From positions 1-64,000 of the forward strand of contig NW_020847208.1 of the NCBI RefSeq assembly GCF_003704095.1: a stretch of 64,000 bases of DNA. The letters are read 5' to 3'. A program made the position numbers and the translations under genes. This DNA comes from Pocillopora damicornis (lineage: Eukaryota). Under the pieces are notes generated by a model that was not told the DNA's origin, made no database searches, and saw only the letters and a list, made by a program, of their open reading frames with translations. Of the stretch, positions 35,919 through 48,900 are shown in pieces. The first letter of the stretch is position 1. Every line of letters begins with the position of its first letter.

Positions 35919-38900
35919 TGTCGGTGGGAGAATAGAACAGGTAATTTAGTGTTAACAACTGAGTTGAAAACATAAATTAGCCACTGTAAAGGGTAAAAAA
36001 GCTGACATTTCAAGTGTTAGCCCTTCGCCAGAGCAATTGGGGAAGGGCTAATGAAGGGCTAATGCTCGAAACGTCAGCTTTTTTACCCTTAACGGTGGCT
36101 AATTTACGTTTTCCTCTCCTAGCCTAGTCTACTACGTACACAGTCTTGTGCCAAATGTTATCAAAAACATCACATCCTTCCCCCTGTTCTCCTACTGACA
36201 GCTCAGTAGGCTGTAATATGACTTGCAAATCAAATGGGTGTAGCCTATTAAAGGTGTGAGATTACTTAGACAAGGTGCAGAGATCATAAATTACTCACAG
36301 ATTTTATTCAGAAAGTTCAACAATTGGCTCTTGAGGAATAAGAGACCCTGGGGTCCTTGTAGATTTACGGCTGTTGGAACGGCTTTGAACCTAGTTTGAA
36401 GTTACTTTTAATTTAGTGTTACATTGTTTTCATCGAAAAAAGTATGACCATTCATATCTTTCTCTGGAAAAGCTTTCACTTAAATACCAGCTTTTAACAA
36501 ATTTTTTCCATTTAGCAAGATTGCTGGTTAGTTAAATAGTTGAAGACTATTAAATTGTTACCAACTCAGTGGTTTTCAAACGTTCACTGATAACAGCAAG
36601 AGATACTGTTACAATAAGATCATTGTAACTGCTGAGGAATCGCAGAAAATTTTTAAAATGATGAGCCATGAAAACTTCCTGAGTCTTTCTTTCTATGTTG
36701 GCTGGGTGGGTTTAGGATAGCACTTGATCCAAGGCTTAAAATTTTCCAATTTTCCAGCAGATACTTACAATAATCCTCCATTAATTATACCAACATTTAA
36801 GTATTCAAGAGATGAGTTTAAAAACATATTAAAAAATATTTACTACCTCTAAATATAATATCAGGAGTATTACGCTTTACACATCATTTATTAAAAACAT
36901 CTTAAAGTTGCTTTCTTTTCTGTCAATGATTTAAAGGTTATTGATAAAAGTAGTTACTTCTACATGTTTCTGCAAGAGCCTGATATCAATAAAGTAAATA
37001 ACAAGAAGAGATAGACACAGTGATTTACATTTAGAATACCTGCTTCTGTTAATTGTTTCAGAATATTAGTTTGATGCTATTTAAGACAAAAGTTACTTTA
37101 AATAATTGTGCTTAATTCAAATGAAACAAGGTCACCAAAGTGTTGACAGCAGTTGTTAAATGCATTGACAAGACTTACAGGAGTTTCCGCAGCCCAAGAT
37201 AATCGCTTTTCAACACTTTTGCGAGTGTAAGAGGAGATTGGAGGCTCAGAAAGGGATGTTATCTGTTATAATTAAATGATTGTTATTATGAAAGGTGAAA
37301 CTGTTCAGCTTCACCAGAACATTTGAGGAGAATTAGGCAGGTTAGCATGAAATTAAAAGAACATTATGTTTGTTTCAGAAAGAAGAATTGGGAAGGTGTG
37401 ATTGAAAAATTAAAGCTTATAAGTTTAATTTCACAACATCCATACTCCTATATCACCCATGGCAAGGTTCTTGATTAATTATGATGCTAACAGGTCATCT
37501 GGAATAAGCATAAGGTCAGCATTTGCAGGATTGCATTGTGGTTTGGAACATGTATTTGGTATTAGAACCTCTAAATTCTAGGAAAAGACGGCAGGAATGA
37601 CAAGTATGGGAAGTGTGCTATTAAGTTTCTTTTTTCATGATTTCATGTCAAACTTGGTGATCCCAGTGAGGTTTTGTTAGCCCAATAAGATTAAAAAAAG
37701 AGCCAATATTCATTATGGAAACACTGAGCATAATTGGTTCTTAGAGTAATATACTGTAAACTTAGTGTGTGGTGCACATAACCCATTTATTGCAAAAAGT
37801 CTTTGAACTTACTCTTTGTTTAAGATCATTGTTTTCCATCGTCAGCTGCTCAACCTTTTGTCTTAGGTCGGAGACTTCATTTTTCAAAGCTTCAATATCT
37901 GCTGTTTCAGGGGGACCTCCATGGAGATGATCCTTCATGAAGCTTCAACATCATTAAGGTCCAAGATTATTAGTAGTAAAATACTAAGACCAACTTATCC
38001 TCATAGAAAAAAAGACCATGGGGCAATATGTTAATTACTTGTTGTGCCTGCTAGGGAAAATTTCTTTGCTATGGGGAAAATGACAATCAGTGGTTTGTGC
38101 CACACCTTGAAATTATGAACCAAGAATGAAAACAGCCTGTGGCTGGTTCTCAACCCAACAAAAATAATAAATTAAAGTGCTTAGGTATGGGGAAAATCAC
38201 GATCAAAGGTTTGTACCACACCTTGAATGTTCAAGAATGGTAACAACCTGTGGCTAGTTCTCAACCCAACTAACATTAGAATTGCAATAAAAGAATGATA
38301 AAATTTTCTCTATAACCTAATTGACTTGTTGGTTGGTGAAAAAAAATAATTAGGACATGGAAAGTTGTTAGATTGACATGGTAACAGTGCCCTAAGTTGG
38401 AGGACCTCACCCAGTCTGGACATATCATTCCAAGTTAGGCTAACTGAAGTCAGCTTATTTTTTTACACAAACCATTGTTGCTTCATCATAACATCTAACT
38501 ATTACTCCTTTTTCAGGAGCATTTTTTTACTGGAGTCAATTTTGAATACAAACATAACCAACTCACTCAATCCAACATGGGGTGACTTGAGTGCACCTGG
38601 GAGTGGGGGAGTGGGGGGGTGATATGATCTACCTTGAATCTAGCATGGGATGGGAATTCATGACTACATTTGGAGGGTGCCTTATCTTGGAGTGAGTGCA
38701 ATGGGACAATGTGACCTACTTTTGATTACCAAATGCAAATAAAAACCAAGCAAAGGTGTCCTAATCAATAATAATTCATTTCAGACTTGTGATGCATCGA
38801 ACATCACCATTAAAGCTTAATAGGTAACAACTTCTCGATAAGAGGTGGCACTTCTACTACAATCTGTGCTGAAATATACAGTTTTTGTTTAAAAGACAGA

Positions 38901-39228
38901 ACACAAATACGTACGTTACAAAGGATACTCTAACGCATTCGCTGGTTTCTCGGGTTCTTCGTACAAATTCACAAGAACTGTTGAACCAACACAGGGAAAA
39001 AACTCAGCAAAAGGAATAAAATGAACTGGAAATCGACTAGAAATTCACCTTTGGTCAAAGCATCCATAACTCCCGCCTTTTCCAGATACTTTCTAAACTC
39101 TTCACGTTTCGAATCGGCCACCTTCACAAATAGGAAAAAAAATCGACATCGAAAAAACACTTCAATCACACTAAAAGAGGGTCAACTGCAAAAAACTTCG
39201 CACTACATACCCTGTATTGTGAAGTCAT
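34902..39228 (-). CDS. MYCBP: c-Myc-binding protein (AMY-1); exons 39228-39211, ~39122-39050, ~38984-38929, 37942-37812, 35227-35189, 34910-34902
   Basis: MTSQYR|VADSKREEFRKYLEKAGVMDALTK|..LYEEPEKPANALD FMKDHL...ENNDLKQR|LQSYEP; DSKREEFRKYLEK is the MYCBP signature. Confidence 0.92.
35885..36115. repeat. Inverted pair of Penelope-type pLTR fragments with hammerhead-like cores
   Basis: attagccactgtaaagggtaaaaaagctgacatttcaagtgttagcccttc mirrored by gaagggctaatgctcgaaacgtcagcttttttacccttaacggtggctaat. Confidence 0.7.
37943..38928 (-). other. U12-type (minor spliceosome) GT-AG intron in MYCBP
   Basis: 5' splice site GTATCCTTT; branch site CCTTAAT about 10 nt from the AG; no polypyrimidine tract. 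Confidence 0.88.
38070..38275. repeat. Two-copy ~117-bp tandem direct repeat
   Basis: tatggggaaaat.ac.atca..ggtttgt.ccacaccttgaa...cctgtggct.gttctcaacccaac occurs twice. Confidence 0.8.
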
Positions 39229-39394
39229 TTTTCTGAGGCCGAAAGGTTTAAAGGAGTTTAGAAGATTTGTGAAATCGAAATAAAAAAACTCTGTAGCAAC
39301 AAGAATTACAAATCAACAGATCCTTACACTTTTGAGGTGTATTATGGGTAAAGTTAGTCATGCCCAGGCTTCCTACGTCTTGCGTTCTCCCAAG
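39229..39394. promoter_or_regulatory. Putative bidirectional promoter between MYCBP and the C5orf63-like gene
   Basis: Divergent ATGs 166 bp apart; YY1-like CAAGATGGCGGC overlaps the + strand ATG. Confidence 0.65.
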
Positions 39395-41074
39395 ATGGCG
39401 GCTGGGCCGGCATCTCTGGTTACCTCTAAATGGATTAGGGCTGCTTTTGCGATTGCAACCAAATTGCACTTGGGTAATACATCTCTTAACGGCAGCAGCT
39501 TTACTCGTTTTTCCACCAAGTCAGCTCTCCCTGTTCTTACTTTGTACACCAAGGTAAGATTTTTCGGCTAGATAGTGCTTCTTTCTTTTCACCTACAGAG
39601 CAGGTTTTTTAAAACTTCTCCTCCATGTATGTTAGTGTCACTAGGATTATGGCATTTACTTAGATTTACATCTAATTCATAAGTACTCACTTGGATAAAA
39701 ATAAAATGGTCTTAATATTATCACAAACAGGTTAGGAGCTCCGGAGAGTAGGTATTAGGCTGAACTTATAGGATACAAGAAGTGGTAGAGTTAAAAGCTG
39801 GATGCTTGAGAGTCTTGCAAAATCGTAAGCACCTTTTTAATCAATAATTTCCGTGTTTTGCAAGAGAGGGAGAAATTGAGATGAGTGTGGAAAGCGTGGA
39901 CAGTGTGAGGGAAGGTTCTGGCAAATTTGATTTTCTTAACCCTTCCCTTTTTCTCCACCCCTTCCCAATGCTAAGGATGAACCCAGGGGAGGATTTGTTT
40001 TTCGACAATTCTCAACTCTATTGCCTCTGTACAGCATGTCTGCCCACTTTGTGATGAAGCCAAGGTTGCCATAGAGAGCTACAGACACAGGGTTGGTATT
40101 CACACTATCAGATTTTTTTTCTTTTCAAATTTAAAAACAACATAAATCAACATTAATAGGCTATAAATAAGACTAAATTACAAGATCTTTAAAAATAAGA
40201 AAGTTTATCAGTCTATGTAAAAGAAAAAAAAGTGTAGTTAGATTGCCAAGCAAGAGGCAGGAGCCAGGCTGACAAACTTGTTGACACATCAACATTGATA
40301 ATGCAATACTCTAGAAGTGCACACCAATTCTATCCCTGATACTGTTATTTTCAATCCCTCTCCCCTTGTATAGTGGTTCTCCATGTTTTCTGTGATTGTA
40401 GAAAATAAATGAGTGAACTACACTTCAATTTAATGCTTCCTTAAATTAATGAAGTTCTTACCAACTGAGTTTGAGGGTGGTACTGGGTAATATTGGCCCA
40501 AGCTTGTGGCAGTATGTCCATAGAAAAACAAGTAAGGACCAACATTCCCTAGTAAAGGAAGATTATTAAGTAGTTTATTATATAGCAATCAGACCAAACT
40601 TGTTTATTTTGAAAATGTAGGCTTCTGCAAACAAAAATTTTTTGGCATATATTCATTCCCATGGAAATGGTTTGTGTGGCAAAATACAGACCAAGTAAGA
40701 ACTAATTAGAAAACTTGAATTAACCTTAGGACTACCTTTCCATATAATAAAGCTACATTGATTTAGGTGTACTGACATCTACAATAAATTTTGCCTGACA
40801 AAACCCAAACACTCACTTGATAATTCATTTAATACTAATTATTATTACTTTACTTTGAAGATGTTTGCTTATAAATAATAATATATATCTAAATCCTCAG
40901 TTTCAGTTTGAAGAAGTGGACATCAAAGCAAAAGGAAATGAAACATGGTTTGAGAAATACAGATATGAAATTCCTGTATTCCATTTAAATGGATCATTTC
41001 TCATGAAGCACAGGGTGAATGAAGAGGTATTGGAGAGGGAATTAAGTAAATTTGAAGAACAACAAAGAGGCTAG
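39395..41074 (+). CDS. C5orf63: Glutaredoxin-like protein (C5orf63/YDR286C homolog); exons 39395-39553, 40034-40091, 40901-41074 (approximate)
   Basis: Mitochondrial-presequence-like N-terminus; LPVLTLYTK|HVCPLCDEAK|FQFEEVDI...WFEKYRYEIPVFHLNG. Confidence 0.88.
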
Positions 41075-41694
41075 AGAAAGATGACCTTCAAAGAATAAGA
41101 TAATACCATACTTCACAGCATCACAATAGGAAATCATCTAAAACTGCTTTTCTAAGATTGGCAAAGAGTACTCTCCAGAAGAGAAAGGAGTTACTTTTAA
41201 GGTATAGAAAGTGAGGGTAATGTGCGTGTCTTTCCCAAGAAAATGTTACAATGACTTATCCTGCTCAAAATGAACTCTTTTTGATCAAATTCTTGTAGTA
41301 AAGTCAAAATTACATGCAATGTTCAACTGAATATTTATGTCTTCTGATCAGTCTTCAAATAGTGAAAGAAAGTGGAAAGCTTTATTACAATATTTTCTTT
41401 TCTTATGGGACTGCAAAAACATTATAATTTCTTTAATAAGTGTTTTGCATAATAAGTTGCAAGGAAAATCAATATTTGACATTAAATAAAACTAATATAC
41501 TGTATAACTAATAAATAATTTATATACTACAATTTTCTTGTTGTCACTTATATGTCTAACAACTCCTTGACAATTACTAATACTTACAAAATGGACAAGC
41601 ATCACCTTAGGTGAAAATATCATATTTATCCTTAAAAGTTAAAAAGTTTCTTTAATTTAAGTAAATATAGAGTAGTTTGTATGATGACTAGCTT

Positions 41695-41840
41695 ATAATT
41701 TCTCCTACAGTATCACTCCTGAATCAAAAACTGAGGTCATGAGAATAAAGGATTTAAAATAATTCTCCTTGTCAGCATCTTAGGAAATGTATAGAGAACA
41801 GTATGGAGAATATGCATACTGATGTTGGGGTGTAAATTAA
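41695..41840. mobile_element. Truncated piggyBac-like MITE
   Basis: gagaacagtatggagaatatgcatactgatgttggggtgtaaa matches 16505-16552. Confidence 0.6.
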
Positions 41841-42327
41841 CACACTTAGTGACTTACACTGCCCTTTAAGTCATCAGGAGCAAGACTAAAACTAATGAAG
41901 ACTCGATTCAAATTCAAGGAATATGATACTAGCAAACTCCAGGTAGTAAGGAAAAGGAAAATTGATGCACCATGCATGGGACTGCAGTGTTTTGTATTTA
42001 AATCTACAGGTTTTTTTCGAATTAAGCTATTTCTGCACATACAATTTCTTAAGAAAGTTTGGCGCACAGAGAACCTAGAGGTTTGTTTGCATTGGTTAAA
42101 TTTAGAAATGGAACTTCCTCCAACATAGCATCAATTATCTTAATTATTCTTAAAACTTGTTGTCTGCATCATGAGAATTTAAAAAAAAAGGAACTGAGAA
42201 AAAATTTAGCTCCAGATGAGACAACATGGGTTGAACCAGTTAACCTATAAACAAAATAACTGTACAATACTTTTCTCACCATTGAAAATTTTGTGCATCA
42301 TAATTATGAGTGTGATGTCTAACTTGA

Positions 42328-44779
42328 TTAAACAGAATCATCTGGTGAAACTTTAGTATACTCTGAATATTTTGCAATTCCAATGATACCACAAGCTAAA
42401 CAAGCACCACTGTTCCCAGTTGTAAGACTCAATTCATGTCCGCCTCTTCCAAGATCATCTACACCTTCACAAACCTGCTAGTGAGAGATAAAAGAGCAAT
42501 TTTCTATATGATTGCCAACACAAACCCCAATTATGACATGATTTATGCAGGCCATGAAAAACTGCCAGCCAACATTGTGTGATTGGCCATGAACTCTGTT
42601 GTGATATTCTGCTGATCCTAGCACACAGGATAAAGAAAAAGGAATATACTTTAACAATAGGGCTACCTTTATTAATTTTTTTTTTCCAAGAAGGGCTGGT
42701 AGAAGAGAAGGGAAGAAATACATTTGTGTTCACAGGTAAATATCTGTACATTTCCTAATGTTTTGAAGTCCCATGAAATTTCACTTTGCAAAAAACAAAA
42801 CACTGACCTCCAAGGTGCGACCTATCACTGAATATTCCCCTGTTAATGACACAACACTATCAGTGATGTTGACTTCTGCCTGTCCTTGATCATCAGCTTC
42901 AATATTTCCAAGGTCCCCAGCATGTCTGTTGCTTCAAATCAAGCCAAAAGTTATAAAAATATTAAAACAATTAACATAATTTTAGTTTTCAAGTCTGGTA
43001 AAAAGTGGAAATTAAACCAAAATTAAGGTTTCCCAGCAGGAGCTATCTAGCTTCCCAAAGACTCAGCCTAATTGACACTTTCCCAGCAGTGAATACATGT
43101 AACTTCCCTTACAGCAGAAGATTTCTTTTTTTTTTAATCATTTTAATTCCAGAAGATCACAGATGACTTGAGATAAGCTAAAAAGTGGCAACTACAGTGA
43201 GATAATATTTATTTGCTCAAGACCAACATATTTTTTTACAAGTGTAAAGTGCATAATTATGTGAAGGGCATGACCTTGTGTGCGCCCCTTTGTGATTATG
43301 GATTATAAAAAAAATAATTCTGACCTGTTGTTGTCTTCTGGTCCACCATGTGTCTTGTTATGTGGATTAAAATGAGCACCAGCACTTTTACAACCTGAAA
43401 TATAAATTATGATTGATGCAAAAAGTTACCAAAACATACATTTTAAAATCTAGTTAAAATTCAAACAGTATAATAGCACCAAGAAGACTTCTTGGATAAT
43501 CAAAATATGAACCTGGTAAATAAGCTAGTTTGCCAAGGATTTCCTTGTATCTCAGCTGGTATTGCTTTATTGATATGACAACTGGCTAGGGTATTAATCA
43601 ATGGAGACACATTTTCTCTGTTCCACTCTCAAAAAGAAGTTTAAAATCTTTTTTAAAAAAATATATTGCAGAAGTTACAAATAAAACTACTAAATGGCTT
43701 ATACTTTGATCCTTGTTCTTTCCCTTCCAAGCACCAAACCTTGAGGAAAATCCAGATATGCTATACAATTTTTGAGTAATTTCTTTTATAAATATATATA
43801 AAAGATAACTCTATGTTAGTGTATAGAGTGGTATGTTTTAGAAAAGCTTGTGCTTCAACAATAAAGTCCCATTTCCCTTGAGGATTTTTCTCCTTTGAGA
43901 GGAAATTGAAATTTTCCAATAGCCATAAAATCCGATTAAAATATTTGAACCATAAAGCAAAAAATGAGTGAGCATTGGTTTCAAACCTTGTGAAATATCC
44001 CCATATTCTAGAATATGGATGCCATGATGTCCCTCCGTTAAACCCTGTAAAATTCCTCTGATTACACATGGCCCACCAGGTTGCTTAAAATTAAGACAAA
44101 AGTTCAACAATTTACTCAATGAGTTCACAATTCCTCAATCCTATGTTAAATATTGAAATTAACCGCTTTGCTGATGTGATCTTTTTCATCTTTTCATTTC
44201 TGTTGATTTCCCAATGGTGTCAACACGTCTTCACTAATTTCCCTTTGTGAGTTTCAAGATAAGTTAATGAACTTTTAATTAATCGACTGAAGGCGAGCTT
44301 ACGAAGTAAACTCTCAAAAGCTTGTTTTGACGCAATTCTTATGCATTTAAAACTGTTTCTGCACGTTATGCAAGTCGGAAAAATTCAAAACTGCACTCAA
44401 GTCGAGGAATGAGGTAAGGGGTTAGACACTGCCTCTAACTAAGCTTCAAATATAGCCTCCCTAATCTTACTTGAATGGGATCCTGTCCCGTACGCCATTT
44501 AGTAGATATATGCAGCTCGAGCTAATTAGTTAATCGTGAGAATGAAAGCATTCTAATCGTAACATTTTACAATACTTTTAATTAAAGCCCTCTCGAAAAA
44601 TTGTTTCCACGTCTTGAGAATACTAAAATAATGCATTTTTAAGCTGACAAACAATGTTTATTTGACACAGGAGAGGTCATCTTGAATAGTGAAGCCACTT
44701 CAAACGAAAATCTTACCCCTTGGAAAAATGTGACTGTTCCTTGAATGTCACCAGCTAAGTGGCATACTGCATGAGCCAT
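42328..44779 (-). CDS. Cu/Zn-SOD paralog lacking copper ligands (pseudo-SOD1); exons 44779-44717, 44083-43987, ~43394-43325, ~42925-42809, 42474-42328
   Basis: [21 protein letters not shown]|[33 protein letters not shown]|[23 protein letters not shown]|[39 protein letters not shown]|[48 protein letters not shown]. Confidence 0.9.
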
Positions 44780-45914
44780 AACCAGGAGGAAGTCAATTGA
44801 TCTTTCACGGGCAAATATATTTTTTAATAACCCTTTTCCGCGAAGACCGCGAAAAGTGCATAACAATAACTTTGTCGCCTCGATACTCGCGTGTGAAAAC
44901 AAACCGCTGACCTCATAAAAAAATTTTAGCCTAACAGGAGGGGGGAGGGGGTGGGAGGGAAAGGAGGAGGGATAGAGGGGTGGACTTGAGTTAACAAATC
45001 GAAGATTAGGAACAAACACCGTCATCTAGACTATTGAGTGCTATCAATGATAAGAAAAACTCTTATTAAAGTTAATATCCACTTACAAATGTGAATTAAA
45101 ATGGTTAAGGTGTGATCAGGGGGATGACTCCAAGGAAGAAGTTTGCACTTAACGATTTTGAAAAATTCCCTTCAACAGAAACAAGCAATCAATCAAATTT
45201 ACTCTTTCAATTACTTACTATAAATTCAATATTTGAAATTAATCACACCAGTATTTAGCTTCTATTCACATGGCAAATGGATCTGATAGCAGGCTAAATG
45301 ACGTTGTTGTTCAAACCACATACAGAATGATGGTTGGAGCAAGTATCAGCCTTAATTAAGAAACAAATCCATAGGTGTAAATTTCAGCTGAGTAGAAAAT
45401 TAAGAATCTCCTCTGACCCATTCTCTGCTTTATGATGTTTTTATCTTTTAGGACTTAATGAGAATTATGAGGTATTTGTACTTTATAGCAAAAGCAGTAT
45501 TCAAGGAAAGTTTTATCACAATTGTTGTGAAATTTTCCAGTTCCCCTTGCCAATGTTTCTAATAAAAAAGCTTACAGGAGTAGCCTGAGCACAAGATGAA
45601 CAATGCGAGATGAGCCAACAAAACTGGGTGAATATCAATCTCCTTCCAGAGGTCATGTGTCTCTGAGCCCGTGTGGAAAGGCAACATCTTAGAGCAAGGT
45701 GGTGCTACTGACATTTTTATGGTGCAGTAGGACTTGAAGAGAGTGGTAAGGTAAAATGAAGAGAGTACAGTAAAACAATTTAAAACTTTAAGTTTAAATT
45801 TATTGACTATTGTGTGTCTGATTTTAGTTACCACATAGATTTTAGTGTGAAAGCATTTCATCTTTTAACACAACAAGCTTTTCAGTTGTCAAATTCCTTG
45901 TTTGAGGGTACTGT

Positions 45915-48900
45915 TTACTTGCTAATACCAATAACACCACAAGCAACACGTGGACCAGCATTTCCAGTTTTCAGACTTTCATCATCTCCACCTTTTCCCA
46001 AGTCATCCTTTTTAGCATGAACCTAACATCAAGTTGAATAAAACAGAAGTTTCTGACATGAAATGCAACCCACATTACATATTGGCAAGCATCATTTGCC
46101 AGAACAAAGTTAGGTGGAACCTCTCCTTTCAATATCTATCTGTTGACCAGTAAGGTAATGTGAAGTAAGAAGCTACCTGGACAAACAATTATTTCTTATG
46201 AATGAGAGGAGTCACCTCTCACAAAAACCTAATGCTCAAACTGTCAGCTTTATGAACTCACTGCAGTGGCCAATTCACATTATCAACTCAGTTGATAAAA
46301 CCAAATTACCTACAACAGGGAAATGTCTTACAACAAGGGAGAATTTCATGTTTTATCTCAGCTTAATTTCACATATGATCTCCCTTATACAGGAGTACAC
46401 TTTTCAGAGAGGTTATTGCAAATTCTTTTCAAATATCAAAAAACATAGATATAAAACTTAGAGAAATAAAATCTTAGGCACAGCTAAAGTTGGTTTACCT
46501 ACCACAATTGTACGTCCAACAACAGAATCTGGTCCAACAACTGAAACAAGCTTGTCCGTCATGTCAATTTTGGCTTTACCATCGCTTCCTGCTCTGATGT
46601 TGCCAAGATCACCATAATGACTAATGGGAAAGTAAGCAGCAAGGAACATTATCAATCACTGAGCTGAATTATGCTTAATAGAATACATACAACCTAGTAA
46701 TAGGCTAGACACTTTTTCTAGAAAACACAAATTTGGCAACTTTGGATAATCTTTAATCCTAACCAGAGGAAATTCTTTGAGCAGCTTTCAAAGCAATAGA
46801 ATTTGAATAATGCACTTAACCACATGTCTTTAAGAGAGTCAAAACAAATTAGAATCCGTTTTTAAGAGTTTGCCGAAATTATTGTTAAGGTAATTTGGTG
46901 TAACCCTTCTGGCCATATGATAAATCCTACATTGACTGAAATGTAAGTCTGTTGAATAAAGCTTGCTGTACAGTAGCATCACCTCATTCATCTATTTTCC
47001 CATTTTTTTTTTCTTTAGGACCTTTATATTAGATCAATTAACCAAAGAATGCTCCTGCTTCCCAAATGAAAACACAGCTAGTATAAACATTATTAATCCT
47101 TTAATTCCCACAAGTGACCAAGACAGAATTTCTCCTTACAACATCACTTCAGATGAGTGATGACAATAAATAAAAACATGAATTTGGGGATAATTAGTTG
47201 ATCCAATACTAAATTCTTTGAACTAACATTAACCCTTTCACTCCCAGAAGTGATCAACATAAAATTTCTCCCTAAAATATCCATACATTCTTCAGCACAC
47301 AGGTAATGAGAATATTCAAACTTATCAGGTAGAAGCTGCTATCATGATGTAGCACCAAGTTCTCATAACTAATTTACAAGGAAATGTGTGGCAGGTACAG
47401 GGCAGAATTAACAATCAGATCTTGGGAGTTAAAGGGTTATAAGAATTGTATAGCTGACAGTAAGGAGAATGCCAAATTTGATCTGGTAGTTAAAGGGTTG
47501 ACAATTTTCACCCTAATATTCTCCATGCTGTTCTCTTTACATTTCCAAAGGTATTGACAAGTAGGATTTGTTTAACAATCACAAGCTTCCTTGGTTGGTG
47601 ACAGTTTGCCTTATTTTCTTGACGTTTCTATTTGATTCAGAGGTGAAATTGTAAGGAGAAATTAGATGCCAATCACTCTAAGGGGTCAAAGGGTGAGTTA
47701 TGGTACCGTGTTTCATCAGTTGGTCCTCCATGAGTTTTATTTTTTGGATTAAAGTGGGGTCCAGCGCTTGTACAACCTAAAACAAAATTAAATGTTCTAT
47801 CTGATAACAGCTTATGATATAATGATATGAATTAAATCTTTAAATTTGTAAAAATTTTTAGTCTTCGCCAATAGAAAGGATTTCCAGCAATTAACAACCT
47901 ACTGAATTTTGAGACTCAAAACAGTGATCTAACTACCATTTTGAAAACAACTCAGAAACCTTGCCACACCTACAAACCCACAATGGTTTTGTGTTCACAC
48001 CAGCAGCTGCTATTTATTACAAAATCATTTTTTGAGCCCAAGGTTCTTCTATGTGTCATTTTCAGCTGCTGAACCAGATTGACAAGAAGTTGGAACAAGA
48101 AGAGTTACACTTTGAATATCTTCTGTAATTAGCTAGGTTCCCCAGCAAGATTGAATTAATGGGGTTCTTAGTTGAATTTTAAGCAAATTTGAATTTCATT
48201 TACCTCAAAAAATTACCTACCATTAGTGCCATCTCCAAATTGGTGGACATGAAAACCATGCTCTCCTTCTGTGAGTCCTTCTACTTCACCAGTTATCTTG
48301 CATGTGTCTCCCACCTGTTGATAGTTCGTAATGAAAGGTTTAAGTCCTGAATGCTGCATTTATTAATCAATACTAGGTATTTTCCTTTGTAAGTTGGTCC
48401 TATTGCATAAATGATAATTGTAAATCTCACAACTATCCTTTATCTAATTTTTAACTGTATCCCACCTAGAGTATTTCAAAATGTAAGCAGACTGGCTACA
48501 GTTGTGCTAACAGAACAGCTTCTTTGTTGCTGCAATATCTTCCCCTTACAGAAGTGAAAAGGTAATTTCTCTTTATAATATCAATACACTTTTGAGCAAA
48601 ACAGTGCTGAGAAGAATGAAAAACATAACCTTGGGGGGTACTGTTTAGTTAAAAAACAAATTCTTAGGGGCAGACTCTATGACAAATGTTTAGTAGACAG
48701 TTAACACAATTGGTAGTTAGATATTAGTAGCGAAAAGGGTTAACTACTGCAGTACATGGGTACCAATCTGCACTTGCCATCCAATTTAAGTGGTACTATA
48801 GCTTTGAAACTAATTTCAGTGGGCAACTTTTAACATCAACTCAGTTGGTAAAATCAAATTTGTTCCGCTCCTCCAACAACAACGAAGCGCGTACTGAACT

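Noticed and set aside
42328-44779. Calling the SOD paralog CCS (copper chaperone) or a pseudogene
   Set aside because: There is no N-terminal MxCxxC Atx1 domain or C-terminal CxC domain, and it shares SOD1's exon structure. No stops or frameshifts were seen.
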